Source: Candidatus Caldarchaeales archaeon (GTDB taxonomy: Archaea > Thermoproteota > Nitrososphaeria_A > Caldarchaeales > Wolframiiraptoraceae). Taken from it: 23,731 nt of DNA. The DNA lies in NCBI GenBank assembly GCA_039630055.1, contig JBCNVN010000024.1, positions 1 through 23,731 on the forward strand, written 5' to 3'. The translations under genes and the position numbers were made by a program. This document shows, piece by piece, positions 1 through 9,073 of the stretch. The stretch's first letter is position 1; each line of letters starts with the position of its first letter. Under the pieces are notes generated by a model. That model saw only the letters and a program-made list of their open reading frames with translations, searched no databases and had not been told where the DNA came from.

Positions 1-813
1 TTCGATCTCAGTATTTACTCCTTCAGCTTCTTGAAATGATGGAGCCAAGAGTTCTTGCACTTCTTTCAGGTTCGAGACCAAGTTAACTATATCTTTATCA
101 TTTACCATCCCGAGTGCTCTGAGCATTATTATTGCCGGTATGCCTTTGTATATTCTAGAGAAGAATACTTTAAGAGGTCCGCCGAACTTATACGTTACTT
201 CTACTCTAGATTGTTTACCGCATATTGCTGATAAGACTATTGCGCTCAGTTGACTTCCTTCAGAATCTTTCTCTGTTATTATTATTCTATTAGGTGCTAG
301 ATCCTCCATTGCTACAATTACTCTCTCAGAGCCGTTTATGATAAAGTATCCTCCCGGGTCTTTCGGGTCTTCACCTATCTCTATCAATTCTTCTTCAGTC
401 ATCTTTGAGAGTGGACAGATCTCTGATTTCACCATGACTGGGAGTATGCCTACTTCTACTCTATCGCTCGAGATTGGTTTACCGTCAAGGTACAAGCTCA
501 TCTTTACGTAGAGTGGTGCAGCATATGTCAGATTTCTCAGCCTACACTCCATCGGTTTCACATTCTCTACTACCGTCCCATCCATCTCAACTATTCTAGG
601 AGATCCAACCTCTGGATTACTTAGCTTGAGAATTAGGGTGCCATACTTGGTCTTAACTTCAAGATCTCCGAGAGACTGGATAAGTTCTTTTAAACCTTCT
701 CTTATAAAATAGTTATAGGATTTTATATGATGTTCGACGAGTCCTTCTTCTTCTATAAATGCCTTCATAATCTCCCATAGATCTTCTTTTGTTAAATCTA
801 TCTGTCTAGACAT
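1..813 (-). CDS. rpoB: DNA-directed RNA polymerase subunit B (Rpo2), N-terminal part, runs off the window
   Basis: Not in the ORF track; translated by hand from ATG at 813: MSRQIDLTKEDLWEIMKAFIEEEGLVEHHIKSYNYF...PMECRLRNLTYAAPLYV...LPVMVKSEICPL...GEDPKDPGGYFIINGSERVIVAMEDLAPNR. These are hallmark Rpo2/RPB2 motifs. Confidence 0.97.
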   Translation of the reverse strand, partial: MSRQIDLTKEDLWEIMKAFIEEEGLVEHHIKSYNYFIREGLKELIQSLGDLEVKTKYGTLILKLSNPEVGSPRIVEMDGTVVENVKPMECRLRNLTYAAPLYVKMSLYLDGKPISSDRVEVGILPVMVKSEICPLSKMTEEELIEIGEDPKDPGGYFIINGSERVIVAMEDLAPNRIIITEKDSEGSQLSAIVLSAICGKQSRVEVTYKFGGPLKVFFSRIYKGIPAIIMLRALGMVNDKDIVNLVSNLKEVQELLAPSFQEAEGVNTEIE

Positions 814-822
814 ATCTCTCTA

Positions 823-828
823 ACCTCC
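823..828 (-). promoter_or_regulatory. Shine-Dalgarno site of rpoB
   Basis: GGAGGT on the minus strand, 9 nt upstream of ATG 813. Confidence 0.7.
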
Positions 829-1072
829 AATCTACTACTATGAATACATTATAATTTGACCAACAATTAAACACAATTCTCAATTTTCAAGTATAGGTTG
901 ATGTTCTTAAGTTTTACGCTTTAACACTATGGAAACCTTCTAATAAAGATGTCTCAAACTATTTTAAATATATACCTTCTAAGCATAGATCGGATAGATG
1001 GAGACTTACTCAAAAGCTTCACCATACCGTACATCTCATAAGATAACGGGTAGAGCATCTTTATCACTATAT

Positions 1073-2365
1073 TTATGCTGGTAAACCTAGCGAGAGTAGA
1101 AGGTCTATTAACCATTGAGGTTTTACCGGGAACCAGACAATAAACCATGCTACTTGAACCCCCAACATGAAGATCAATATAGATCCTGATAATTTATCTT
1201 CTCCAAGTATTCGTGATAGCCCGATGGCTATTATCGGGACTGTAGAGTAGAAGTAGAAGGGATAGACCCATCTATGGAATAGGTATGCTAAGGGAAAGTA
1301 GATTAGATAGGTAGAAGTAATCCAAGACAATATTAGAGCTTCTACATCTGGGAAGATCCTCCTTTTCAGTAGTATGTATGATGAGTAGATTGAGAATGCG
1401 AATACTAGCCAGGTCATCCACCATAGTGGTGTCTGCATCCCATAGTAGGCTACTGGATGATACTCTTTACCATCAACCTTTACTGTTACGACAAAGTATG
1501 ATTCACGTGGAAAAGGCATAATCGGGTTCGCCCAAGATATAGGCATATGGACTATGTCTCCTTCTTTAAAGGTTAGGATCGAGTGATAGTTTATTATGTA
1601 ATCAATATGCTCGAATGGAGTAGAGTAGGCTTTTAGAGAATAATCATATACTGATAATCCTGCCAGTAAGACGGCTAGAGAGATAATGACCATCTTCTCC
1701 ACAATCTTTAAAATCTCTCTTACAGAGTCTAAGAACTTCTCATAATGGTAAGATACTTTCAAGAAATAGTATAGGAGTAGAGCCAAAAGTATAAGTAGAC
1801 TTGAGATCTTAGATAATAGTGCTAAACCCATCGAGATGGCAGAGTAGACATATCTCTTCTGAAAGAATAGGATGGCTGAGAGTAGACTGAACATTAAGGC
1901 AGGGCCATCTAAGATGGCCATAGAGCTAAGATTGAAAGATGTTACATCACATGCGAAGAGTATCGCTGAAGATATAGCGAGAAACCTGTTTCCTAATACT
2001 ATATAGGCTAGTTTTCCCAGAAGATATACTGAGACCGCACCAGTAGAGGCGATAAATATTCTCCAACCTATAGGACCATCTCCGAATAGATATATGCCTA
2101 GGATGATTAGAGCTTTAGATAATGGTGGATGCTCATTATTTACAGCTATTCCATTCATCATCTTCCGTGCAGCTGGAATATAATGGGCCTCATCAAAGAT
2201 GAATGCACAATCTGTAGAGAAAGGAGGATTAATACATTCTGATGGCTGCAATTTAGGTGAAGGCACATTAACAATCATCAACTTTAAGATAAGAATAACT
2301 ATTGATAATATTATCAGTTGAAGATCAAGTTTGCCAAGATAATTCTTTAAACTTTGAAGATTCAT
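1073..2365 (-). CDS. Dolichyl/polyprenyl-phosphate-mannose protein mannosyltransferase-like GT-C (PMT/GT39)
   Basis: Multi-TM protein with FDEAHY (catalytic DE), EHPPLSK, GDGPIGWR and AILD. The C-terminal half carries PMT-type motifs YH..L....H...SW, TPLWW and R..Y.FY...VP. Confidence 0.85.
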   Translation of the reverse strand: MNLQSLKNYLGKLDLQLIILSIVILILKLMIVNVPSPKLQPSECINPPFSTDCAFIFDEAHYIPAARKMMNGIAVNNEHPPLSKALIILGIYLFGDGPIGWRIFIASTGAVSVYLLGKLAYIVLGNRFLAISSAILFACDVTSFNLSSMAILDGPALMFSLLSAILFFQKRYVYSAISMGLALLSKISSLLILLALLLYYFLKVSYHYEKFLDSVREILKIVEKMVIISLAVLLAGLSVYDYSLKAYSTPFEHIDYIINYHSILTFKEGDIVHMPISWANPIMPFPRESYFVVTVKVDGKEYHPVAYYGMQTPLWWMTWLVFAFSIYSSYILLKRRIFPDVEALILSWITSTYLIYFPLAYLFHRWVYPFYFYSTVPIIAIGLSRILGEDKLSGSILIFMLGVQVAWFIVWFPVKPQWLIDLLLSLGLPA

Positions 2366-2371
2366 ACGGCT

Positions 2372-3514
2372 TCACTTCTCCGATGATATTTTAATATTTG
2401 TCAAGATTCTTTCAAGAAATTGTCTAAACTCTTGAAAGATAGTACGTTGCTTAGATGATAGGAGATAGGTCTCGCCAAGTATATAGAGAAGTGCTAAGGC
2501 TCTGATCAGTGCGAGGTTCTGTGGTAGTGCTCCTGGTGCAAGCGGATTATCAACCATAAACCATGTAATTATTATTCCTACATTTGCCGCCTCCAGAATA
2601 TAGAATGTTAAGGGGATCCTTCCCATTATGGCTAAGAATGGGAGAAGCCATATAACCATCTGAGGGGTGAAGACATAGTTTGTTAAGAGGAAGACTGAGA
2701 GTAGCATGAATGATCTTTCATATATATCTCCGACATTACTCAAGTATATCTTGAGAACACCGTAAGCCATTATTGATGCACTAAACAGCTTGGCGGTATC
2801 CCATGAATCATGCGAGGGGAATAAGTAGAGGAACCAAGCATTCTCCAATCCCCATTCTGCGTGAAATAGATAAGTATCTGAGAGAAAATTTGGATTGATA
2901 GCTTGCAAGAGCAGATTCACTCCTAAGAATGGTATGACCGAGTACGTGATATAGCTTATCTTACTTTTACGATCTTTTAAGTAAGACAGCATCAATGGTA
3001 GTAGAATTAAGTTTATTAACTTAGCAAGAGCTGTAGCACAAAATGCTAGTGCAGAGAGCCTTAACCTACCTTTCTCATACAATGTTAAAGATAATATTAG
3101 GAAAGCGGCAAATACTACGTCGAAGTTATAGTTTAAGTATACAATCATGGATGGTGAGAATATGAGGAATATGAAGAGATATTGTAGTGGAATATTTTTT
3201 CTACTCATGATCTTGAAGACTGTTAAAACTAGTAGGAGGTAGAAGATGTAGAGTATCATGGAGAACGTATTATAGTATGGGATCATCTCTCCTCCACCGA
3301 TCAATGAAGAGATATATACGATGAAGCCTGATATAGGTGGATATGCAAATCCTTCTTCTATGTATGGTATCTTTCTTACGATTGGACTATACCAGAAGGA
3401 GACGATGTCTGAATATATATTTCCCTCGATCTTTGGATGATGGATTAGGTAAGAAGATGTAAAAGATACGAAGGTAGTTGCTAAGACTATCTTTAGCATA
3501 TTTTCTCTCTTCAC
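2372..3514 (-). CDS. GT87/DUF2029-family membrane glycosyltransferase (GT-C)
   Basis: Multi-TM protein with YSDI...PY....AYPP, NFD, AKL and VFTPQMVIWLLP motifs. Its GTG start overlaps the elp3 stop (GTGA). Confidence 0.75.
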   Translation of the reverse strand: MKRENMLKIVLATTFVSFTSSYLIHHPKIEGNIYSDIVSFWYSPIVRKIPYIEEGFAYPPISGFIVYISSLIGGGEMIPYYNTFSMILYIFYLLLVLTVFKIMSRKNIPLQYLFIFLIFSPSMIVYLNYNFDVVFAAFLILSLTLYEKGRLRLSALAFCATALAKLINLILLPLMLSYLKDRKSKISYITYSVIPFLGVNLLLQAINPNFLSDTYLFHAEWGLENAWFLYLFPSHDSWDTAKLFSASIMAYGVLKIYLSNVGDIYERSFMLLSVFLLTNYVFTPQMVIWLLPFLAIMGRIPLTFYILEAANVGIIITWFMVDNPLAPGALPQNLALIRALALLYILGETYLLSSKQRTIFQEFRQFLERILTNIKISSEK

Positions 3515-5106
3515 TTCTTCAACACCTTACTAACGTATGGTCCATCCAATCTATATCCTCTCTTATAATAGTATTCTCTGACACCTATCCCACTTATTAC
3601 AACAAGCTTTCGTGTATCCATTTCTATAGCAGCTATCTCTTCAGCCTTAGATAAGAGCATAGAGCCATATCCTCTATGCTGCCAAGATTCTTCTTCTCTC
3701 ATTCTTACTGGAGACATCTTACCATAAACGTGGAGCTCTCTAACTATTCCAGTATTCTCTAATTCTCTTCTCAGTGTTCTTGAAGGCATCCTCAATCTTA
3801 TAAACCCTATCAATGCATCAGCTACAGGATCTTCATACGAGATAAAGTATTCTAATCCTCCAGATGCTTCATATTTTGTTATGAAGAGTTTTATTCTTTC
3901 TTTACATATCTCTACTCCTTCTCTAATCCTTCTTCCAGCTTCTCTACATCTAATACATCTACATCTTAGACCAATACTCTTCAAGTATTCTTCAACCCTC
4001 TCTCTCAAGTTCCCAATCTTGTTTCCAGCAGAGATAGTATCCAGAGGTATCTCTCTCTGCACACGCTGTATCCTAACATAAGTAGGTGTTTTCAAGAACC
4101 ATTCAGCTAAGAGCTCTATGAGGACATCGTCTGTATATGGTCTATATTCTCCTCTCTTCCATAGTTCGTAGAGCCCCGTATCGGGAAGTACTAGTGTAGG
4201 ATAGATCTTGACGAGATCTGGTCTAAATCTCTCATCTTCCCAGATCTTCCGATATATCTCTAAGTCTTTCTCATAGCTTGAACCTGGTAGATTGGGCATC
4301 ATATGGTATCCTACCTTGAAACCCAAGTCTTTCAGGGTCTGAGTAGCTTCTATAACGTCTTTTACAGTATGACCTCTATTGATTGCTTTATAGATCTCGT
4401 CATCGAGAGATTGGACGCCTAGCTCAACTCTAGTTACTCCCATTTCTAGTAACTTGTTGGCTTGTCTCAGCTTGGCCCAGTCAGGCCTAGTCTCGATAGT
4501 GATTCCAGAGACTCTTATAGATGCTCTCTCAGCTTTCTGGACTGCATCATCAAAACTTCTAGAAATGGAATTGTTCAATGCATCTATACATCTTTTAACA
4601 AACCATCTTTGAGCTCCATCAGGAACCGTATTAAATGTTCCACCGATGATTATCAACTCAACTTTGTCTATCTTATGTCCAAGCTTCTGAAGCTTTTCTA
4701 ACTGGTTTACGACTTGGAGGTATGGGTCGTACCCCACCTTCAAAGCATTCTCTACAGATTCTTCTCTACCCGTATAGCTTTTAGGACTGCTTTTTCCACC
4801 TGGACAGTATATACATCCTCCATGAGGGCATTCATAGATTGGTGCAACAACTGTTATAACTGTAACACCAGAGATTATCCTCGTAGGTTTCCTAGCGAGC
4901 TTTCTCCTAACATTATCAAGTATTTCTAGTGGAGAGTTCTCGATTATCTCGATATTGGATGGAACTTTCGAAAGCCCATACTCTTTACAGACTTTAAGCT
5001 TTATCTTTTCTATTTCACCTCTATCTAATATTGTCTTTGATAATAGCTCCTCAGCTATCTTCCTACATGCATCACGATAGATAGCTTCATTAAGAATCTG
5101 CATCAA
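3511..5106 (-). CDS. elp3: Elp3 tRNA uridine(34) carboxymethyltransferase (radical SAM + GNAT)
   Basis: CPHGGCIYCPGG cluster motif, PKSYTG, GGTF, ETRPD, RVELGVQS, KIYPTLV, RELHVYG, QHRGYG, SGIGVREYY. Start is TTG 5106 or ATG 5103. Confidence 0.96.
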   Translation of the reverse strand: MMQILNEAIYRDACRKIAEELLSKTILDRGEIEKIKLKVCKEYGLSKVPSNIEIIENSPLEILDNVRRKLARKPTRIISGVTVITVVAPIYECPHGGCIYCPGGKSSPKSYTGREESVENALKVGYDPYLQVVNQLEKLQKLGHKIDKVELIIIGGTFNTVPDGAQRWFVKRCIDALNNSISRSFDDAVQKAERASIRVSGITIETRPDWAKLRQANKLLEMGVTRVELGVQSLDDEIYKAINRGHTVKDVIEATQTLKDLGFKVGYHMMPNLPGSSYEKDLEIYRKIWEDERFRPDLVKIYPTLVLPDTGLYELWKRGEYRPYTDDVLIELLAEWFLKTPTYVRIQRVQREIPLDTISAGNKIGNLRERVEEYLKSIGLRCRCIRCREAGRRIREGVEICKERIKLFITKYEASGGLEYFISYEDPVADALIGFIRLRMPSRTLRRELENTGIVRELHVYGKMSPVRMREEESWQHRGYGSMLLSKAEEIAAIEMDTRKLVVISGIGVREYYYKRGYRLDGPYVSKVLKK

Positions 5107-5184
5107 CGGTTCAAATATTATAATATGAGATGTTGTTAATATATTTAGAATTGTCTAGTAGCTTGTATTCTCCTAGAAGTTGGT

Positions 5185-6231
5185 CTATTTAGCGCTATTC
5201 CTTCTTTTATTGATCTCTTCTATAAGGGCTGGGATTACCTCTCTATAGTCTCCAACTATTCCATAATCTGCATTCTCGAATATGGGTGCTTCAGGATCAT
5301 TATTCACGGCCACTACTGTCATCGCCTCCCTTATCCCGAAGAGATGCTGAGCTGCACCTGAGATCCCGACAGCTATGTAGAGGGATGATTTAATAGATTT
5401 TCCAGTTTGACCTACCTGTCTCTCATGAGATATCCATCCAGCATCAACCGCTTTCCTAGATCCAGCTACTACACCATTAAGAAGTTTTGCAAGTTCTTCA
5501 AGAATTTTGAACCCTTCAGGCGACCCTAGACCCCTACCTCCAGAGATTATTATATCAGCTTTCTCTATAGGTGTTTCTTCTACCCTTATATCTTCACTTG
5601 AGATAAGCTTGATCCTTGGTTCAGGTATGTCTATCTTCTCTTCTATTATCTCTCTTCTTCTAGATGGATCTCGTGAAGGCAGCCTGAAAACGTTAGGTCT
5701 AACAGTTGATATTTGAGGTCTTCTATTGGGTGCTCTGATGTGGGCGAGAAGGGTTGCACCGAATGGAGGTCTTATCATTATCAAGTCTCTGGTCTTTACG
5801 TCTACGTCAAAATCTGTACAGTCTGCAGTTATGCCAGCTTTAAGAGAGTTTGCTACGTATGGGATCATCTCTCTTCCCCTGAGAGTGCCAGCGGCTAAAA
5901 TTATCTCAGGCCTATATTTTCTAACCAATGTTACTAGGCTTTCTGCATAAACCTCCGGCGTATAGATAGATAGCCTAACATCATCTACATATATTATCTT
6001 ATCGGCTCCATAATATATCGGCTCTTCAAGAAACTGTTTTTTAATATCATATCCCAGCACTATTCCTACGAGTTCTACACCTAGCTTATCCGCAATAACT
6101 CTTCCAGGATTAAGCAGTTGGAGAGAGGCCTCATTTACCTCGCCGTCGAATACTTCTATGAACACCCATACACCTCTCCATTCATCTTTATTGATCGGCT
6201 CCCAGTCTGGACAAGTACCTACACTGCTCAA
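5185..6231 (-). CDS. fixB: Electron transfer flavoprotein alpha subunit (EtfA/FixB)
   Basis: TADCT, RPPFG, RPQISTVRP, SGGRG, QVGQTG, GISGAAQH and AVNNDPEAPIF motifs. TTG start overlaps the fixA stop. Confidence 0.95.
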   Translation of the reverse strand: MSSVGTCPDWEPINKDEWRGVWVFIEVFDGEVNEASLQLLNPGRVIADKLGVELVGIVLGYDIKKQFLEEPIYYGADKIIYVDDVRLSIYTPEVYAESLVTLVRKYRPEIILAAGTLRGREMIPYVANSLKAGITADCTDFDVDVKTRDLIMIRPPFGATLLAHIRAPNRRPQISTVRPNVFRLPSRDPSRRREIIEEKIDIPEPRIKLISSEDIRVEETPIEKADIIISGGRGLGSPEGFKILEELAKLLNGVVAGSRKAVDAGWISHERQVGQTGKSIKSSLYIAVGISGAAQHLFGIREAMTVVAVNNDPEAPIFENADYGIVGDYREVIPALIEEINKRRNSAK

Positions 6232-7031
6232 ACTATCTTCACCCCCTCTTCAATCAGTCTATCCACAAGCCATTTTACCGCTTCTCTAACATCCTGTCCA
6301 TTGAATCTCTGTTTCTTCCTCGGGACGGTCGGAGTAATAATAGATCGTTCAACAATAGTTGGTGAACCTCTAAGCCCTACACACTCTCTCTTTAATCCTA
6401 GCTCGTTGTTAGTCCAGACTTCTACAAAGTTCCCCATCTCGACCTTGAGCTTATGGGATAACTTAATAGGCCTAGGTTCATTACTCTTCATTGCCACGGC
6501 GAGTATACAGGGGGTTGGAAGCTCGTATACTTCTATCTTCTTCTCAAGCTTCCTCTTAGCCCTAATCTTTCCATCCAAGTACTCTACATCTGTAACATAG
6601 TAGATGTATGGTATTCTAAGCCATGAAGCTGTCTGTGCACCTATATGGCCTGTAGAGCTATCTATAGTTTCCTGACCAAAGATGATTACGTCGAAGGGTC
6701 TCAGCCTCTCTATAGCTCTGGATAGAGTATAGGATGTTGCGAGGGTATCTGCTCCTGCAAAGACTCTATCGCTTACGAGTACTGCTCTATCGACTCCCAT
6801 CCCGACAACGAATTCTAGCCCTGCTTTAGCAGACATAGGGGCCATTGATAGAGCTGTAACAACCCCTCCATACCTATCCTTTAAACTTAATGCCAGCTCT
6901 ACAGCATTCAAGTCATGTGGATTTACTATGCTTGGCACTCCCTCCCTGACCAGAGTTCCCGTATTTGGATCTATGTTAACAACCTGTGTATTCGGAACCC
7001 ATTTTATGCAGACGATTATGTTAAGAGCCAA
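6228..7031 (-). CDS. fixA: Electron transfer flavoprotein beta subunit (EtfB/FixA)
   Basis: IIVCIKWVP, DPNTGTLVREGVPSIVNPHD, FAGADTLATSYTL and GLRGSPT motifs. TTG start with a GGGTGA SD. Confidence 0.95.
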   Translation of the reverse strand: MALNIIVCIKWVPNTQVVNIDPNTGTLVREGVPSIVNPHDLNAVELALSLKDRYGGVVTALSMAPMSAKAGLEFVVGMGVDRAVLVSDRVFAGADTLATSYTLSRAIERLRPFDVIIFGQETIDSSTGHIGAQTASWLRIPYIYYVTDVEYLDGKIRAKRKLEKKIEVYELPTPCILAVAMKSNEPRPIKLSHKLKVEMGNFVEVWTNNELGLKRECVGLRGSPTIVERSIITPTVPRKKQRFNGQDVREAVKWLVDRLIEEGVKIV

Positions 7032-7038
7032 CCAGCAT

Positions 7039-7095
7039 CACCCTGACTTACATCTTCAAGCATATAAAATTAGTATCCACCTAATAAATTATACC
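7039..7095 (-). promoter_or_regulatory. fixA upstream elements GGTATAATT (7087-7095) and GTCAGGGTG (7039-7047, includes the SD)
   Basis: Both 9-mers also occur upstream of fixC at nearly the same distances. Confidence 0.5.
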
Positions 7096-7321
7096 AGAAT
7101 GTAGGAGTCCAAATTCTAAAAATCTCTTCATTAAAATATTATTGATTCCTGTTAGATCATTGAGATGCTAATGAATATGTGGTTTCTTCTACGATAGATT
7201 AAGTAGATACATGTTTTCCATCTGTTAGGATTGTCAGGTATAGATTGGAGGAAGTCTTTTAGAAATCTAAGGTTAGATATGGATAAGATTGTTCGAGTCT
7301 CCGGATGATGTTGGGGATTAT

Positions 7322-7615
7322 TCAGCCGAATCTATACTGTACTCCTCTCCCACTTAGCGGATATTCCCATGTAATCGCTTCCTCTGGACATACTATCCTA
7401 CATGTTCCACATTCTACACATCCTTCATAGCTGAATAGGATCTCTCCACCTGTTAGCGTATAGCATTTAGCTGGGCAGAGGAATACACAAGCCTTCTTAT
7501 TACATAGTTTTCTACATTTCTCATAGTCTATAACTATGTGTGGTCTGGAGTCTACATCCCATACGTTTGCATTCAAGGCTTCATCTACTCTTATCCTCTT
7601 CATGGCTAAACCCAT
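7322..7615 (-). CDS. fixX: Ferredoxin-like FixX/EtfX
   Basis: PHI, C...C..K.C...CPAKCY, YEGCVECGTCRIVC and WEYP..GRGVQYRFG. The true start may be ATG 7603. Confidence 0.95.
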   Translation of the reverse strand: MGLAMKRIRVDEALNANVWDVDSRPHIVIDYEKCRKLCNKKACVFLCPAKCYTLTGGEILFSYEGCVECGTCRIVCPEEAITWEYPLSGRGVQYRFG

Positions 7616-7685
7616 CTATAGATTCTCAACCCATCTTAAAACTATATTTTATCTTCTCATATCTAGATGACTTAGTTTAAATTGG

Positions 7686-8966
7686 CTAGAGGGCTCTGAG
7701 AAGATTCCATAAAAGCCTCAGTATTGAGGTCCTACCCTTGATAGAGCTTCTTAAAGCCTGTAGTAGAGTCGGGGAAGTATACTCTATCTCGAAGAGCTTC
7801 TTAGCCATATCTAATATTATCGATGGATAGGTCGTAAACATCTCTCTAGACATAATCAGCCTAGACATTTTACTATGCTTCTTTAATTCCTTCATTATAA
7901 AACTCTCCTCTAGGAGCTTCTGATAAAAAGATAATTCCTCAGAGCTATATCTTCCTAGACTGTGAGCTCTCAAGATCGTCTTAGCAGCCAGATAACCACT
8001 ATATGCTGCGAAGTCTACACCTCTAAAAGTGTATCCAAGATTTAGTAGTAATCCAGCAGCATCGCCGACGATGAGTAGACCGTCACTGTACAGCCTCTTA
8101 GGGGCCATCCCTAACCCTAATTCTGGGGTTAGATGGGCGCCATACTCTACTAATGTTCCATCATTCACTATCTCCTTCATAAATGGTTTCTGTTTAAGGT
8201 CTTCAAGTATATCGAAAACATGTTGGTTAATGTTCTGATAAGCTTCTTCTAGGAAGATGACTATTCCGAGGCTGATGGTTGATGAGTTTGTGTATAAGAA
8301 TGCTCCCCCTGGAAGGTAGGCCGTCGCTTCTCCAATTATCAGCCATGATAATCCTTCTTTAGGAGCTAGTCCAAGCCTATTTTCAATCTTGCTAGCATCT
8401 AATCTGATAACCTGTTTTAATCCTAGAGCTACTTGGTCTCTCCTCAATTTTGGAACAATCCCAGATCTCTCGAGAAGCAGCCTATTCACTCCCTCCGCAT
8501 CTATTATGACGTCAGCCTTCAATACCTCTCCACCGCTTCTCACACCTCTAAATATACCGTCCTCGACATAGAGGTCATCTACCCGTATATCTGTAACTAT
8601 TATTGTTCCAGCTTCTTCAGCTTTCTGAGCCATCCAGCCAGCAAGCTTAGATAAATAGGCTGTAAAGCTTGTAGAATTCGTAGAGCTATACTCAACCGTG
8701 AATAGTTCTCCATTGGACATAAAGCTGAAACGCTCTCTCTTGACCCATCTCTCTATAGGTGCCTCATTCTTAAAGTTCTCATAGATATCTTCTAGAGGCT
8801 TAGAGTAGATTCTTCCACCATAAAGAGTCTTTGAACCAGGAGTTCTACCCCTCTCCAATACGACAACTTTCAACCCATTCTTTGCTAAGGTGTAAGCAGC
8901 CGATAGACCGGCAGGTCCTGCACCCACTACCACTACGTCAAACTTTGTATTTTCAAGGTAAGACAA
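7686..8966 (-). CDS. fixC: FAD-dependent ETF:quinone oxidoreductase FixC/EtfC
   Basis: FDVVVVGAGPAG, ERG..PGSK...GG, AEGVN, GGAFLYTN, GDAAG and RGVDFA. Start reassigned from the track's GTG 8990 to TTG 8966, which has GGGTG 7 nt upstream. Confidence 0.93.
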   Translation of the reverse strand: MSYLENTKFDVVVVGAGPAGLSAAYTLAKNGLKVVVLERGRTPGSKTLYGGRIYSKPLEDIYENFKNEAPIERWVKRERFSFMSNGELFTVEYSSTNSTSFTAYLSKLAGWMAQKAEEAGTIIVTDIRVDDLYVEDGIFRGVRSGGEVLKADVIIDAEGVNRLLLERSGIVPKLRRDQVALGLKQVIRLDASKIENRLGLAPKEGLSWLIIGEATAYLPGGAFLYTNSSTISLGIVIFLEEAYQNINQHVFDILEDLKQKPFMKEIVNDGTLVEYGAHLTPELGLGMAPKRLYSDGLLIVGDAAGLLLNLGYTFRGVDFAAYSGYLAAKTILRAHSLGRYSSEELSFYQKLLEESFIMKELKKHSKMSRLIMSREMFTTYPSIILDMAKKLFEIEYTSPTLLQALRSSIKGRTSILRLLWNLLRAL

Positions 8967-8973
8967 GTTAAAA

Positions 8974-9033
8974 CACCCTGACCAATCCACTTACAGATAG
9001 AAATAAACTTACATATATACTGTGAATTATACC
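8974..9033 (-). promoter_or_regulatory. fixC upstream elements GGTATAATT (9025-9033) and GTCAGGGTG (8974-8982, includes the SD)
   Basis: Same motif pair as upstream of fixA. Confidence 0.5.
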
Positions 9034-9073
9034 TTGAGTAATGATTTTTATGAAATACGAATATGTACTTAAT

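Noticed and set aside
954-1148. 64-aa minus-strand ORF upstream of rpoB, considered as rpoH
   Set aside because: No Rpo5 motifs and it overlaps the PMT gene out of frame.
7032-7321. Possible hidden gene, MITE or tRNA between fixX and fixA
   Set aside because: No credible ORF, terminal inverted repeats or cloverleaf seen.
7609-7636. Direct repeat AACCCATCT twice upstream of fixX
   Set aside because: Two 9-bp copies only; not CRISPR-like and plausibly chance or SD-related.
8967-8990. N-terminal extension of FixC from GTG 8990
   Set aside because: TTG 8966 has a better-placed SD and matches the fixA upstream layout.
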